DNA of 39,769 nucleotides from Malacoraja senta (Eukaryota). The stretch is from positions 1 through 39,769 of the forward strand of contig JAXLNO010000392.1 of assembly GCA_038087875.1 (NCBI GenBank), given 5' to 3'. Within the stretch, counting starts at the first letter, position 1, and every line of letters begins with the position of its first letter. The translations under genes and the position numbers were made by a program. The notes under the pieces are model-generated. The model ran no database searches and was not told where the DNA came from. It saw only the letters and a program-made list of their open reading frames with translations. Positions 23,789 to 35,426 of the stretch are shown here, one piece after another.

Positions 23789-24380
23789 TTATCTCTTAAC
23801 TATTTTAAAATGAATTTAGTATTGTTAAAGTGAGCGGTTTACTGAGTGGATTAACCGGAGTCAGGTTCCTGGAATTGTGCCAGGTGCCTGATCTCTTCTC
23901 CTCTCCACGAGCTGCGAACATAGGTGATAACTGCTGTCTGCGTTATGACGCAGGCACCACAGTTTTATCAGTTTCAAATATTATTTCTATATTAGTATTG
24001 TTAATTATTATTTATGATTAATTCTCAGCATTTTGTAAAACTATATAAGCCGTATATATTTTTCATATCAACCTCGAGTGTATATTATCTCTTAACTATT
24101 TTAAATTGATTTTAATATTGTTAAAAATGAGCTGTTCGCTGGAAGGGTTAACGGGAGTCTGGCTCCTGGAGTTATGCCAGGTACCCGGTCTCCCCCTCCC
24201 TCCACTCTCGAGCTGCATAGCACTTGCTGTTATCTGCTAAACAGAGCAGACTGCACATTTTTTATCTATTTCAATTGCTATTTCTATATTAGTATTGTTA
24301 ATTGTTAATTATTATTAGTTCTCAGTTTTTTCAGTTTTTTATAAACAATATAAGCCATGTGATGTTTTTCACTCTCAGCC
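23789..24380. repeat. Diverged tandem duplication (period about 296 bp) in the L1 inter-ORF spacer
   Basis: TTATCTCTTAACTATTTTAAA starts at both 23789 and 24085. TATTTCTATATTAGTATTGTTAATT and ATATAAGCC recur in the same order. Confidence 0.88.
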
Positions 24381-24607
24381 CAGCAGTTCGTCCCGTTATC
24401 AGGTTTTCCTCGTTTGAGCACGTAGTGTCCTTGAATTACATAGCACAATGTTCCAGCGAAGATAATAATGTCTAGCCACGTCTCACTAAGAATCTGTTGC
24501 TTGAAGTCAAATAAAAAATAAAAAATCAGTGTTCAGTTAATTCACTTTCCTTGTGATACTCTTGTTGGAAGAATAAGCAAGTTCGTTTGTTCATGTCGTC
24601 TTGGTTT

Positions 24608-25603
24608 TCAGTCTCCAGTTGATGCAGCCTTAGTCGCGATTTCTTGAGCGTATTTGAGAGATTCATCCGAATTAGTGAATGTTTTTGACACTCCCTCAAA
24701 GGTGATACGCATTCTAGCCGGGTAAAACACTCCACACAAAACTCCCTTAACACCATAAAGAACTTCTCTGGTCTGTGAGAACTTTCTTCTCTTTTGCTCA
24801 ATCTCATAAGGGTAGTCCCGTAGGAGTTTAATAGTATCACCTCTGTACATCATCTTCTCTCCGTGGTTGATTTTTTTCATCAGCGCTTCCATTGTTGAGA
24901 TATCCCGAAGTTTAATTATGATCTGTCGTGGGTAGGCGCGTTCTCCTTGAGATCTTGATTTAAATCTGGGGAGTCGATGTGCTACTTCAATTACAGGTAC
25001 TTCTGGTAGCTTCAGTACGTGTTTAATTAGGTTGGCAGCGAACTCACAAACATTGTCCCCCTCAGCTCCCTCTTTTACACCACGTATTCTTATATTTTGA
25101 CGTCTTGAGCGAGCTTCTAGGTCAACACATTTATTCGAAACCTTTGTGACTTGGTTCTTGAGACTATCTATTTCTGACTTCATAGTCTGCATCTCTCCAG
25201 CCATCACTTCCACAGCAGCTTCCAAATCATTCACTGCAGATGCATTTGCAGCCACAGTTTCGTGCACAGCCTCAAACATCTTTGTGGTCTCTTCTGCCAC
25301 CTTTTCAATTTTTATCGATAGTCCTTTTTCCACACCTTCAATTCTTTTTTGGAGAGCCTCAATACCCTCAAGTATTTTATCATTACCGGCTATCAATTTA
25401 CTGTTCCCAGCTTCCATATCATTTTTGATATCTCTTACCGAGTTTCTTAAGTCCTCCATTTCGGTTTTCTCTTTTGCAGATCGAGTAGCCATTCCAGAGA
25501 CCTCTCCAGAGGTCAGTTCTGAAGTTTCTTGCTGTTCCAGAGTCTTTAGCAGATGTTTTGAGATTTTCCTCTGTGGGCTCTGACCTGGAGATGTACTTTT
25601 CAT
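24608..25603 (-). CDS. L1 ORF1p: coiled coil plus RRM/CTD nucleic-acid chaperone (331 aa)
   Basis: ATG at 25603, heptad-rich N-terminal half, then the L1 ORF1 signatures DLEARSRRQNIRIRGVKE, IEVAHR, PRQIIIKL and FYPARMRI. Confidence 0.93.
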   Translation of the reverse strand: MKSTSPGQSPQRKISKHLLKTLEQQETSELTSGEVSGMATRSAKEKTEMEDLRNSVRDIKNDMEAGNSKLIAGNDKILEGIEALQKRIEGVEKGLSIKIEKVAEETTKMFEAVHETVAANASAVNDLEAAVEVMAGEMQTMKSEIDSLKNQVTKVSNKCVDLEARSRRQNIRIRGVKEGAEGDNVCEFAANLIKHVLKLPEVPVIEVAHRLPRFKSRSQGERAYPRQIIIKLRDISTMEALMKKINHGEKMMYRGDTIKLLRDYPYEIEQKRRKFSQTREVLYGVKGVLCGVFYPARMRITFEGVSKTFTNSDESLKYAQEIATKAASTGD

Positions 25604-25795
25604 TTAAAATGACTTTCCCTCCGTTAAAATCGCGGCGCTTACTGATGACGTCATCAGCACCGCGACATGAAGCTCCGGTAAGTTTTTAAAAACGGTCCCG
25701 ACCTCCAGACCCGATTTTAACGCGAAAAATCGCGATTTTTTCAGCGGAGCTAAAAAGTTTGCGACTGCTAGCAGAGCATGTCGCAACCGGAAGTG
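25604..25795 (-). promoter_or_regulatory. L1 5' UTR, probable internal promoter
   Basis: CpG-rich in a CpG-poor background. ETS motif ACCGGAAGTG at 25786-25795, CRE TGACGTCA at 25646-25653, E2F-like CGCGAAAA at 25721-25728. Confidence 0.6.
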
Positions 25796-26799
25796 TTAAG
25801 ATTCTAACGAACATGAAACCAAAATGAGGGAAGCTAACTGGCTTCTTCCACCTAGACCTCGTTGTCATCAGTAAAATTGCCATTTCCCCCCCTTGGATTT
25901 ATGTCTCATGGGTTTCATCAAATTCCCACTGTTTTTATATCAGCGCAAGTGACTAATGCACACGCAAATTCAATTATTTTAAATGGCTGCATCAGTTGTC
26001 TGTTTTGTTAAAAGAAAAGTTTCTGTTTGTAGCTAACGTAATTTAGTTCTGGGCAAAAAAACCTGAAAGAATCCCAATTTACTACTTGTTAATATAAAGC
26101 CTTCTTCCTGCACCTCAACCCACTAGATACCATTGCACATTTTGTGCTCCACTGGTTGCAACTTGGCCCCACTGTCTAGTTCCCACTGGAAGATGCCTAG
26201 GATGGCAGTGACTTTTGGAGAGATGCAACAAAAATAGTAGGAGCTAGAATGGAGCACTGGACCCCTCATAAGTGACCTGCCCTTTGACATTACCACGGGT
26301 GATCTATGGCATATTCTCTTGCTTATTTATTAACAATGACACAAACAAATTTAAAAATTCATAATTTCCTAAATAATCTTCAAATAATTTGTGTTTTGAT
26401 ATGTAGGATAAAAAGAAGCAGAAAGAATTTCTTTGCTGTTCTTAAAAATATTTTACTTTGACAGTGACCTCCAATCATGGCTAAATTAAACAAATTAAAA
26501 ATTGCTGGTGTTCAATTTCATGATTTTACGTAGCATTATTCCACACTGAATTGTTCAGTTTAGTTATTGATAATATCTATTTCTGCAATCTGGGTCCTTT
26601 ATTTCTTCTGATCACTCTGCTTTGATAACTATCCCCCTGCTGTGATGAGGCTCAAATGTATTGCAATGAGATACCAGTCTGGTCTTCATTGATAAATGTA
26701 GCAAGCAGAAACCGTATCAATAAAGGTGTGGTTTAGATATAGAAACAAGGGACTGCAGGTGCTGGCTTACCTGGAGCTGTGATTTAGACTCAATTTTTA

Positions 26800-27115
26800 T
26801 TAGTTTTAGTTTAGAGATACAGGGCGGAAACGCCTTCAGCCCACTGAGACTGCACGGACCTGCAATCCCCACACACGAATAGTATCAGACACACACAAGG
26901 GACAATTTACACTTATACCAAGCCAATTAACCTACAAACCTGTATGTCTTTGGAGTGTTGGAGGAAACCAAAGATCTCGGAAAAAACCCACGTGGTCACG
27001 GAGGGAACATACATACTTCGTACAGACAAGACCCGTAGTCGGGATCGAAACCAGGTCTCCGGTGCTGCAAGCGCTGTATGGCAACAACTCTATCGCTGCG
27101 CCACCGTGCCGCCCC
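26800..27115 (-). mobile_element. Full-length tRNA-derived V-SINE (HE1-like)
   Basis: The sense strand begins GGCGGCACGGTGGCGCAGCG (A-box), has GGTTTCGATCCC (B-box), a central GGTTTCCTCC..ACTCCAAAGAC..GGTTAATTGG domain, a CR1-like 3' tail and a (CTAAA)n end. Confidence 0.85.
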
Positions 27116-28351
27116 TTTTGATATGTTACGGATATGACAACCATTATAGAGAGAAGATCTGTAACAGTTAAGTCACCACAACAAGGGCTGTTGCATACCA
27201 ATTACAGATGCAGCAAATGTAACCAAAGTAAAACTGTCAGGAGAAATAAAGACTAGAAAAGGCAATGTGCAGAAATAAATTTTATTCATAGACGAAGCCA
27301 ACAGTCCAGTGAGGACCAATGCTTTATTAAAACAACTAATAAAATGACAACTTCTGTGAACATTTTAAATATATTTAATCAGACCATGACTGGAAGATAC
27401 AGCAAAAAAGAAATGTCTGCAAGTCATGGAAGGTCAAAAACTTGCTGGAGAGAGTATCTGGTCTGGAGTAGGGTTTGCTTGGTTAATCCACAGAAATCCA
27501 TGTTGTGATCCAATAGTCTGCACCTTCATCCTCCCCCCACAAACAAAATATATATTGTTTTAAAACATATAAAGTAATGAATGCTCTACTGAAATCCTAT
27601 GGACAAATTCCTGTGCAAGCCAGGGAGACAGGTGGACAGATCTATCAATGAAAACCAACCTAGAGCTGGTATCCTTCCCTCAGCCAAGCTGATGCAACTT
27701 TCCTTGGTTGCGGTACTCTAAACCAAGACAGTGAAGTCTACATGGCTGTGACCAGATATTTACTTCATGCCCAATTTTTTATCCATCTGCTGCACCCCTG
27801 TGGAATGTGTATAAATGTACCAGAAATACTGTTGATTTTTCTCTCAAGGAATTTAACTGAAAGTGCAATGTCACACAGCTTCATCAGAAATTAAGTTGAA
27901 GATAAAACATACTTCTCATAGAGTTGCCTGCACAGAAACAGGCTATTCGGTCCACCAAATCATAAAGCATTAATTTGCACTAATCTCGTATTAATCCTTG
28001 GCAGTTTAATGTTTGACAGTTTAATTTCTCATTTCAGAGCTGACTATCAAGTTTCAACTAAGAAACATCTATTCAGAAATTGCCATTGAAACCTTAAATA
28101 TCTATTATTTGAGGTATTAGAATACTTAAAACTTCACAGAGTGAATTTCATGTCAGATCTACTCTCCGCTGAATCATGATCATCTGTTAACCAACATTTT
28201 TTGGATTTTCAACCACATACTTGGTTTCGCTCTGATAGAAAGCCATCGATATCTAATATCAAATGTGTTTCTGCTGCTTGGCCTGCTGAGTGTTTCCAGT
28301 GTATTTTCTTTTTATTTCACACTTACACCATCTGTGATTTGCTTTTGAGCT

Positions 28352-28706
28352 TTTGCGGGGCCTGACATCGCCTGGCGCGGCTTTAACGGCCGCGGGACTT
28401 GCCATCGCTCGCCGGGGGCTCCAACATTAAGACCCGGAGCAGGGTCTTACATCGCCGGCGCGGCCTTAACGGCCGCGGGACTTACCATCGCCCGCCGGGG
28501 TCTTTAACATCGGGAGAGGATGGAGAGCAGGGGAGAGACAAGACTTTGCCTTCCATCACAGTGAGGAGGAGATTCACTGTGATGGATGTCTGTGTGAATT
28601 GAGTTGTTTGTGTGTCTTGTAAAATTGTTTCTTTTTGTTGTATGGCTGCAGAAACCAAAGTTCCTAACGGAAAAATAAATGTCATTGTATTGTATTGTAT
28701 TGTATA
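28352..28706 (+). mobile_element. Unclassified CpG-rich retroposon 3' end
   Basis: Internal direct repeat with period 84, a 13-bp hairpin, AATAAA at 28674-28679 and a (TTGTA)n tail. Confidence 0.6.
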
Positions 28707-30447
28707 CTATAACCAAAGTAACATCGATTGCATTTGTGGACTCCACACAGCTAACAGGTGATCTCAAAGATGTGATGGTTTGCCACTTTAAAATACCCCA
28801 GTGTGTAGGGTGTGGTTGCGAAAGTGGGATAACGTGTAACTAATGTGACCAGTTGATCAATGATCAGCATGGACTCAATGGGACGAAGGGCCTGTTTCCA
28901 TGCTGTATAAATAACCCAAGCCAAAAAAATATAATTCATCTGACATATGGATCACTGACAAGACCTCAAAGACAAGGCCAGCACTTCTTGCCCATCTCTA
29001 GAAGCTTTTAAAGAATGATGTCGAGTTGGTGTGGTCACCTTGCTGAACTGTTGCTGCCTCTATGCTGAAATACAAAATACAGGAGTTTCAAGAGTCCTGA
29101 TTTCATAATTCTCAATGTATTTCAAAGTGATTTAGAATGGAATCTTATTAGAAATGATGTTCCATTTGAGTTTATGTAACACAGTTAATGAGTTTGGGTA
29201 GTTCATTTTGCACATGCTACATCCACATGGTAGTCATGGAGATAGTGAACATTTAAGATCATCAGTGCTGTGATAATTGAAATATTTGAAGCCAATACAT
29301 TTTACCTTAAAATTATTTCTGGAATTGAAAGAATGAATTAAAAATTAAATAAAATACTTTAAAATCCAATATGAGTAATATATGGTACTAATGAGTGGCC
29401 GCAGACAAACTAAATTTCCATTAATGTGCAGTGTTTCCTGATCATGATATGATCGTCCATACAATGGGGAAACAAATGGAGATAATATGATCGTTTCTCC
29501 GTACATTTTTATTTGTTTTCAAAAGAGGCGGTGATCCACCACATTTCAGTTGGGACCTAAATCTATAATTTCTCTTCCTAGTACTTGTGGATTTTGTGTG
29601 CTTTCTGTTTTCTTTAAATATCTTCTTACCATTTTGTTTGGGCCTCTTCCACATTATTTCATCTTCCCCTATTTACACAACATTTGTCTTAATTATATCT
29701 TGCCATCACCTTGGTAATGGAGACAAAAAGTAGATATGCATCATGGCTGCATTACAAACGCTCCTTCCCCTCTGACTTTATAAAATTATGTTTAACTGTT
29801 TGGAATGAATAATTAAGTGTGTTTGAGTTGTAAGCCACTGGATAAATTGAGACAGCACCATAGAGTTCAGTTTAAATTGGCTTAAAAACTTATGGGAAAT
29901 TGGTTGGAAGATATATATTATGATATTTAATAACACAAAACTTCTTAAAAATGAAAAATAATGTGACCACAATGAAAAGAAGGTAGGAAAAGCCACAGCC
30001 CCCACTTAGAATCCTTTTGACTTTAATTGCACCTCATTCGTAAAAATAAAAGAGGTATAAGGAAACCAAATGTCCAATTTGTCCATCTCTAATCACCCTT
30101 TTATTCTTATCAGTAGACACTTAAAGTATAAAGATGAAAAATAGCTAAAGGGCACTATATTTCAGTGAAATCCAAAATAGGTAAGCAGCTCCATCTACAG
30201 GAATTTATATGTGATATCTGCAGTGTTCTGCGTTGATTTTATGAGCATAAACTTCCTACAGATTAATTTACATGGATTCTTTCCAACACCAAAAATCAGC
30301 AATGCAGCAGTGCTAGTTTTAAAGGGTTATTTTTTATACCTTGTATGGTTTGCCTATTTTATTTTTACAGGAGGCATTGAAAAGAAAGAAAGAAGAATTT
30401 ACTTCTATACAATGTCTATCATGTCTTCAAAAAGTACCAAACAAATG

Positions 30448-30642
30448 GCTGTGGAATCATTGGGGTTTTTTAAAGTGGAGACTGACAGATTCTTGATTAG
30501 TAAGGGTATCAAAGGTTACAGGGAGAAGGCAGGGGAATGGGGTTGAGAGGGAAAGATGGATCAGTCATGTTTGAATGGTGAAGTAGACTCAATGGGCCGA
30601 ATGGCCTAATTCTTGTCCTATGACTTATGAACTTATGAAACA
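30448..30642 (+). mobile_element. CR1 3' end
   Basis: TTTAAAGTGGAGACTGACAGATTCTTG..GGGCCGAATGGCCTAATTCT followed by a (CTTATGA) repeat tail. Confidence 0.75.
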
Positions 30643-30949
30643 TATAACAAAAATCTTTATCAGACATCTAGAGTTCACTATCAGCAGAGCTTCTGTAATT
30701 GTCTGATACCCTTACTGCACACTTTTGACAATAGGCAGCATTACATGTTAGGAAATCATAGTTCTGGGCTCTGCAAGAGTTTTCTCTTCAAGGATTTCTG
30801 ATGTAATATTAGTGTTAATATTCCTTCGCTAGGCAGATGTAGGTTTGAAGCAACAGTTAATGGCAAATGAATTGCGTAAGTTTTCTTTACAGTTCTCAGT
30901 CTAGTCTTTTCTCACCGTATTTTTTAAATTTGTTTGCTCTTATACCACA

Positions 30950-31270
30950 TGGTTACGACAGATGCCTTCTTTCCCGCTGTTATTAGACTACTGAATGGTC
31001 CTCCAGCACACAAGGGGCCTGATTTTCCAATCTACTTCATTGTGGATCTTGCACTTTTGTTTTATCAACACTTTCTCTGCAACTATAATCCTACAATGCT
31101 GTAACACCATATTCTGCACTCTGATAATTTTCTCTTTGACTGCCTGTTGTACTTGTGTATGGCTTGATTGTACTTTGTGTATGGTATGATTTGATGGGGT
31201 AACATGCAAATAAAGCCTTTTGCTGCATCTCGGTACGTGTGATAATAATAAACCAATACAAATACCATTT
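30950..31270 (+). mobile_element. Rex1/Babar-like 3' UTR remnant
   Basis: TTCTTTCCCGCTGTTATTAGACTACTGAAT (FFPAVIRLLN) and the end CTTTTGCTGCATCTCGGTACGTGTGATAATAATAAAC, similar to the reverse complement of 34520-34565. Confidence 0.55.
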
Positions 31271-31391
31271 AAAGGTTGAGTTCAAAGTTGGCAAGAATTC
31301 TATGTAGGGTGAGCTAAATACTGGTGCAGGGTTACTAGTGTTAGCCTTGGGGAATTAAGTCAGGGATTGAGAAAATGTAGGGCCATTGTCT

Positions 31392-31520
31392 TAAGTCATA
31401 AGTGATAGGAACAGAATTAGGCCTTTTGGCCCATCAAGTCTACTCTGCCATTCAATCATGGCTGACCTATCTCTCCCTCTTAACCCCATTCTCCTGCCTT
31501 CTCCCCATAACCGCTGACAC
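31392..31520 (-). mobile_element. CR1 3' tail remnant
   Basis: Reverse complement closely matches 30510-30630. Confidence 0.7.
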
Positions 31521-32086
31521 CAGTAGTGGGGAGGCATGGGAATGACGGGTAGACGTTGAACATTGGAGAGATTCCGGTTTTGGAGAGGAAAGCTATTAGA
31601 TTTGGTGGGCTTTGGAAACATTCCTTTTCATCTTGGTTCACCAGCAGTGTTGAAAGGACACTGTTTTGTGCAGCCATTTTTACCTCGCTCCAGCTGCCAC
31701 CTTTCCCAAGGCCTTGGAAGTCATTCAGCCAGTTGTTCAGCCTGATATAGCAATGAATTCTTCAGGACCTCACTTCATTAAACTAATTTATGCCTGAACC
31801 ACTTCCATAGAACTTGAATGTAAGTTGTTTTATGCCTTGAAACCGTACCATCTGCTTTTGGGGAGGTGAGACCAGGGGAGGTGGCTGATAACATTTCCCG
31901 TGATTAGTGTATGGAATGGGACTTGGAATTATGTGGAACCAGGAGCTGAATCCATTTTGCTCATTTTGTAAACTTAACCAAAAATATAATTGGTTTCCAT
32001 TTGGCCTGTATCCAAAGGTTGCAATACCAAGTGGAGGATTGTGTGTGTAAATGTTCTATTTCTTTATGACATTGTATAAAGGAAAT

Positions 32087-32266
32087 GTGTAGGAAGGAAC
32101 TGCAGATGTTGGTTTACACCGAAGATAGACACAAAATGCTGGAGTAACTCAGCGGAACAGGCAGCATCTCTTGATAGAAGGAATAGACAGGCAGCATCTC
32201 CCATTCCTTCTATCAAGAGATGCTGCCTGTCCCGCTGAGTTACTCCAGCATTTTGTGTCTATCTTC
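32087..32266. repeat. Fold-back of a Penelope-type terminal module: 64-bp arms, 18-nt loop
   Basis: 32121-32184 is the reverse complement of 32203-32266 with one mismatch. Confidence 0.9.
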
Positions 32267-34514
32267 TATTGAATAAAATAACTCCTGCAGAGCGTATTAC
32301 AATGGTAGAATGGTGACTTAAAGTTCTGATAGTAAGCATTCCTATTCTGAATCAAAAACCAAAGATATTTAAGCTGCAATCAGTAGGACTGCTACTTCAT
32401 GCAAGGATTCTTCAGATCATACATGATCTTTTATTCATATTGCAAAATTCCGAGACTGTTTTGCGGTTGAAACGTTTCAATCATATATCATAATGAAGAG
32501 AAATACCAGAAACCACGGTCTGAATCAAACGACTGGGACCCTTGAAAATGGAACTTAATTGCTCTGGAACATTGCATTGAATTTACCAAGACATTAATGG
32601 TTTCCTCAGATAATAAAACACTTTACTTACAAGAGAAATTGAATTCAAATTGGATCATGTTGTTCTGATTTGTATCGCATACATGTCATGTAAGTTGTAA
32701 TAGACGTGCCTGTGTGTGCATTGACTACCAGATACTGTAGAGTCAGTAGACAGTGAAGGGGGAATAAGCAGTCTCAATGTCCTTGCTTGTTAACTTGTCC
32801 CTCATACCAACCAATACATTAATCAGCAGCAATGATGCACATTTGAACAGTGATATTAAAAATTGTTATCATGCAGCATTAAACTCAGCTGCTTAAATTT
32901 TACTATCATTCTATTAAAATACTTAACATGCTCTAGTCACATATTTTATTGGAGTAATTTCTGCAATCTTAATTTTGTTGCTTCACATTTCTCTCCAGTT
33001 AGGTGGCAATAGCATGGATTCAAATTATCCATCAGATTGACACAACTTTTTCAAAGCAAGAGGCTAACAATAGTTTTCAGTATCGTGCTTTGTTTTGAAA
33101 TGGTTGGGATTTTTTTAAACTTGCGAATGTGATTTGAGATGGTTGCTGGAGTTTGTAAAACAACTGTTAAAAGATGGCTTTAATATTGAGCAGTAAGGGA
33201 ATGACTCTTTAATGACAGGCTGTGGTTTTGTAAAGCAGTAGAATAGCTGTGAGCTGAGTAATAGCAGGCACTGAGAAAACACAGCTGCTGTTAGTGCTGA
33301 TTTAGTTCCAGCAGTGGCTTTTCTAATCTATTCATTCATTTATCTCTCTGGATGCTGTTTGGCTCAGGTCCAACCATAAAGTCAGAAATGGAATAACTTA
33401 TTTCTTAACCCTTTTTAGCTTTGGAAAATTGTTTTTTAAGATACTCGTCTTCCCAAAGAGCAGTTAGGGACAGACAATGAATGCTAGCCTGGTCACTGAT
33501 GCTGACACCCCATAACTTAGTACATGCTTAGACAAAATGATCGTCTAATAATTCATTTCTAGTCCATCATTGCAGTAATAGTGAGAGGTCTTGCAGCTCA
33601 AAAAATTCTTGTATAAAATATTTCAGTGTTATACGCAATGTTGGTGAGTGCATTATTACTTTGAAATTCCGATGTGAGCAGCGAATTCCGAATTGTTAAG
33701 ATGGTAACAGAAACAAAGAACCCATGGAATTAACAATTAAGTAGGCAGAAGATCAGCAACAATCTTGAAAGGTTGAGCAGGCATGTGGGGCTGGTAAGCC
33801 TTCTTCTGCTCCTATATGTTACATTCTTATGCTCAGTTTAAAACATATTTTATATTATTTGCTGAGTGTTATCTGTCAGCAATTCCCCTTACTCATTTTT
33901 AATTACAGACAATGCTTAAAATATGTTTTATACGCTGAGGAAGTTGTGACTGAATTTTGCCAACAACAACATCCTCAGTGCTTGATTTGGACAATGTTAC
34001 ATATGGCAGCCGAGGTGACCATTGTTTTACGTGTTTGACCTCTAGCTACAGCTGAGTGTATTACCAGTGTCCTGAATTCTGCTGCAAAGGGAGACCAATG
34101 AGGCCATCTATACAGGGACCTACTTTTGCATTACTCCTTCTAAGGCAGTGTGAGCGTGTGAAGAATGGACAGATTGCAGATCTTGTGGTACACAGTGCCT
34201 TTGACTGCACACACAATGCATCCAGTATGTTTCTTGTTAACTCGGACAATTTCACAGAAAATAAATTGTATTTCTCCATTACGTAGATGGTATAAGCAAC
34301 AGATCGGGCAGATGAATGCCTGGTGTTCTGCAGCAGTATTAAGCACCAATTGTCATAAAGTAACCATGACACCCAAGTACATAAATTGGAGCATGAATAG
34401 GTGATTCAGCTCCTCAAACTTGGTCTCCCATTCAAGGAGATTCTAAATTTTCCTACCCATCGCCATATCCCTTGATTCCTCCAATATTCCAAAATCTATC
34501 AATCATTCTTGAGT

Positions 34515-35110
34515 TGAGGAGTTAGTTTATTGTCACGTGTACTGAGGTACAGTGAAAATCTTTTGTGTGCTAACCACTTAGCGGAAAGACAATACATGAT
34601 TACAATCGAGCCATCCACAGTGTACAGATACATGATAAAAGGAATAACGTGTATTAAGTTTAGCGAAAGATAAAGTCCAGTAAAGCCCGGTCAAAGATAG
34701 TCCAAGGATCTCCAATGAGGTAGATAGTAGCTCAGGACTGCTCTCTAGTTGTTGGTAGGATGGTTCAGTTGCCTTATAACATCTGGGAAGAAACTCCCTG
34801 AATCTGGAGGTGAGTGTTTTCATACTTTTATACCTTTTGCATGATGGGAGAGGAGAGAAGAGGAAGTGGCCAGGGTGCGACTTGTCCTTGATTATGCCGG
34901 TGGCCTTGCCGAGGCAGCTTGAGATGTAAATGGAGTCAATGGAAGGGATGTTGGTTTCTGTGATGGTCTGGGCTGCGTCCACAATTCCCTGCAATTTCTT
35001 ACGGTCTTGGATGGAGCTGTTCCCAAACCATGCTGTGATGTCTACAGCTGTGCTGCCTATCTGTAGAAGTTGGTGAGAGTTGTCGGGGACATGCCAAACT
35101 TCCAAAGCCT
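34515..35110 (-). mobile_element. Rex1/Babar-like LINE 3' fragment
   Basis: ITAWFGNS..DRKKLQGIVDAAQTI..HPGHFLFSPLPS.KRY is typical of the post-RT region of this clade; frameshifted. Confidence 0.72.
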
Positions 35111-35426
35111 TTGTTGTGTTGTGCACTTCCAGTGGCAGAGGATTTTCAAGACAGAGACAAACACTTCAAGAGATGCGGAGGTAGTGCTGCAAAGTGTGGT
35201 GGAAGTAAGATTTCAGCCATGTTGTTATTGAGCCGTGGAGCAGGCGAAAGACCCTCTGCTGTTTATATTTCTTATGTTCTTGTCATCCATCTGGAGCCTA
35301 CACACACTTCACAGCAGATCTGTAATATGAATCATGACACCACAGCAAACACCACAGACCATGCCAGTGCTATTCAAGCTCTGGATATGGAGCATGGATT
35401 GCTGTAGGAAAGCACTGCTCTACTGA

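Larger units (their letters stand above)
19185..25791 (-). mobile_element. Full-length L1-clade LINE (about 6.6 kb) with target-site duplication
   Basis: TSD AGTGTTAAGATTCT at 19171-19184 and 25792-25805; A-rich tail at 19185-19220; intact ORF1 and ORF2; CpG-rich 5' UTR starting (A)CTTCCGGTT on the sense strand. The reconstructed empty site reads TTCT/AA, a standard variant of the L1 endonuclease target. Confidence 0.96.

Noticed and set aside
25146..25583. 145-aa antisense ORF within L1 ORF1 (ORF0-like?)
   Set aside because: It starts at GTG and is an antisense shadow of the coiled-coil coding sequence, with no independent support.
27040..27115. tRNA-like A and B boxes
   Set aside because: They form the head of a SINE; there is no complete cloverleaf.
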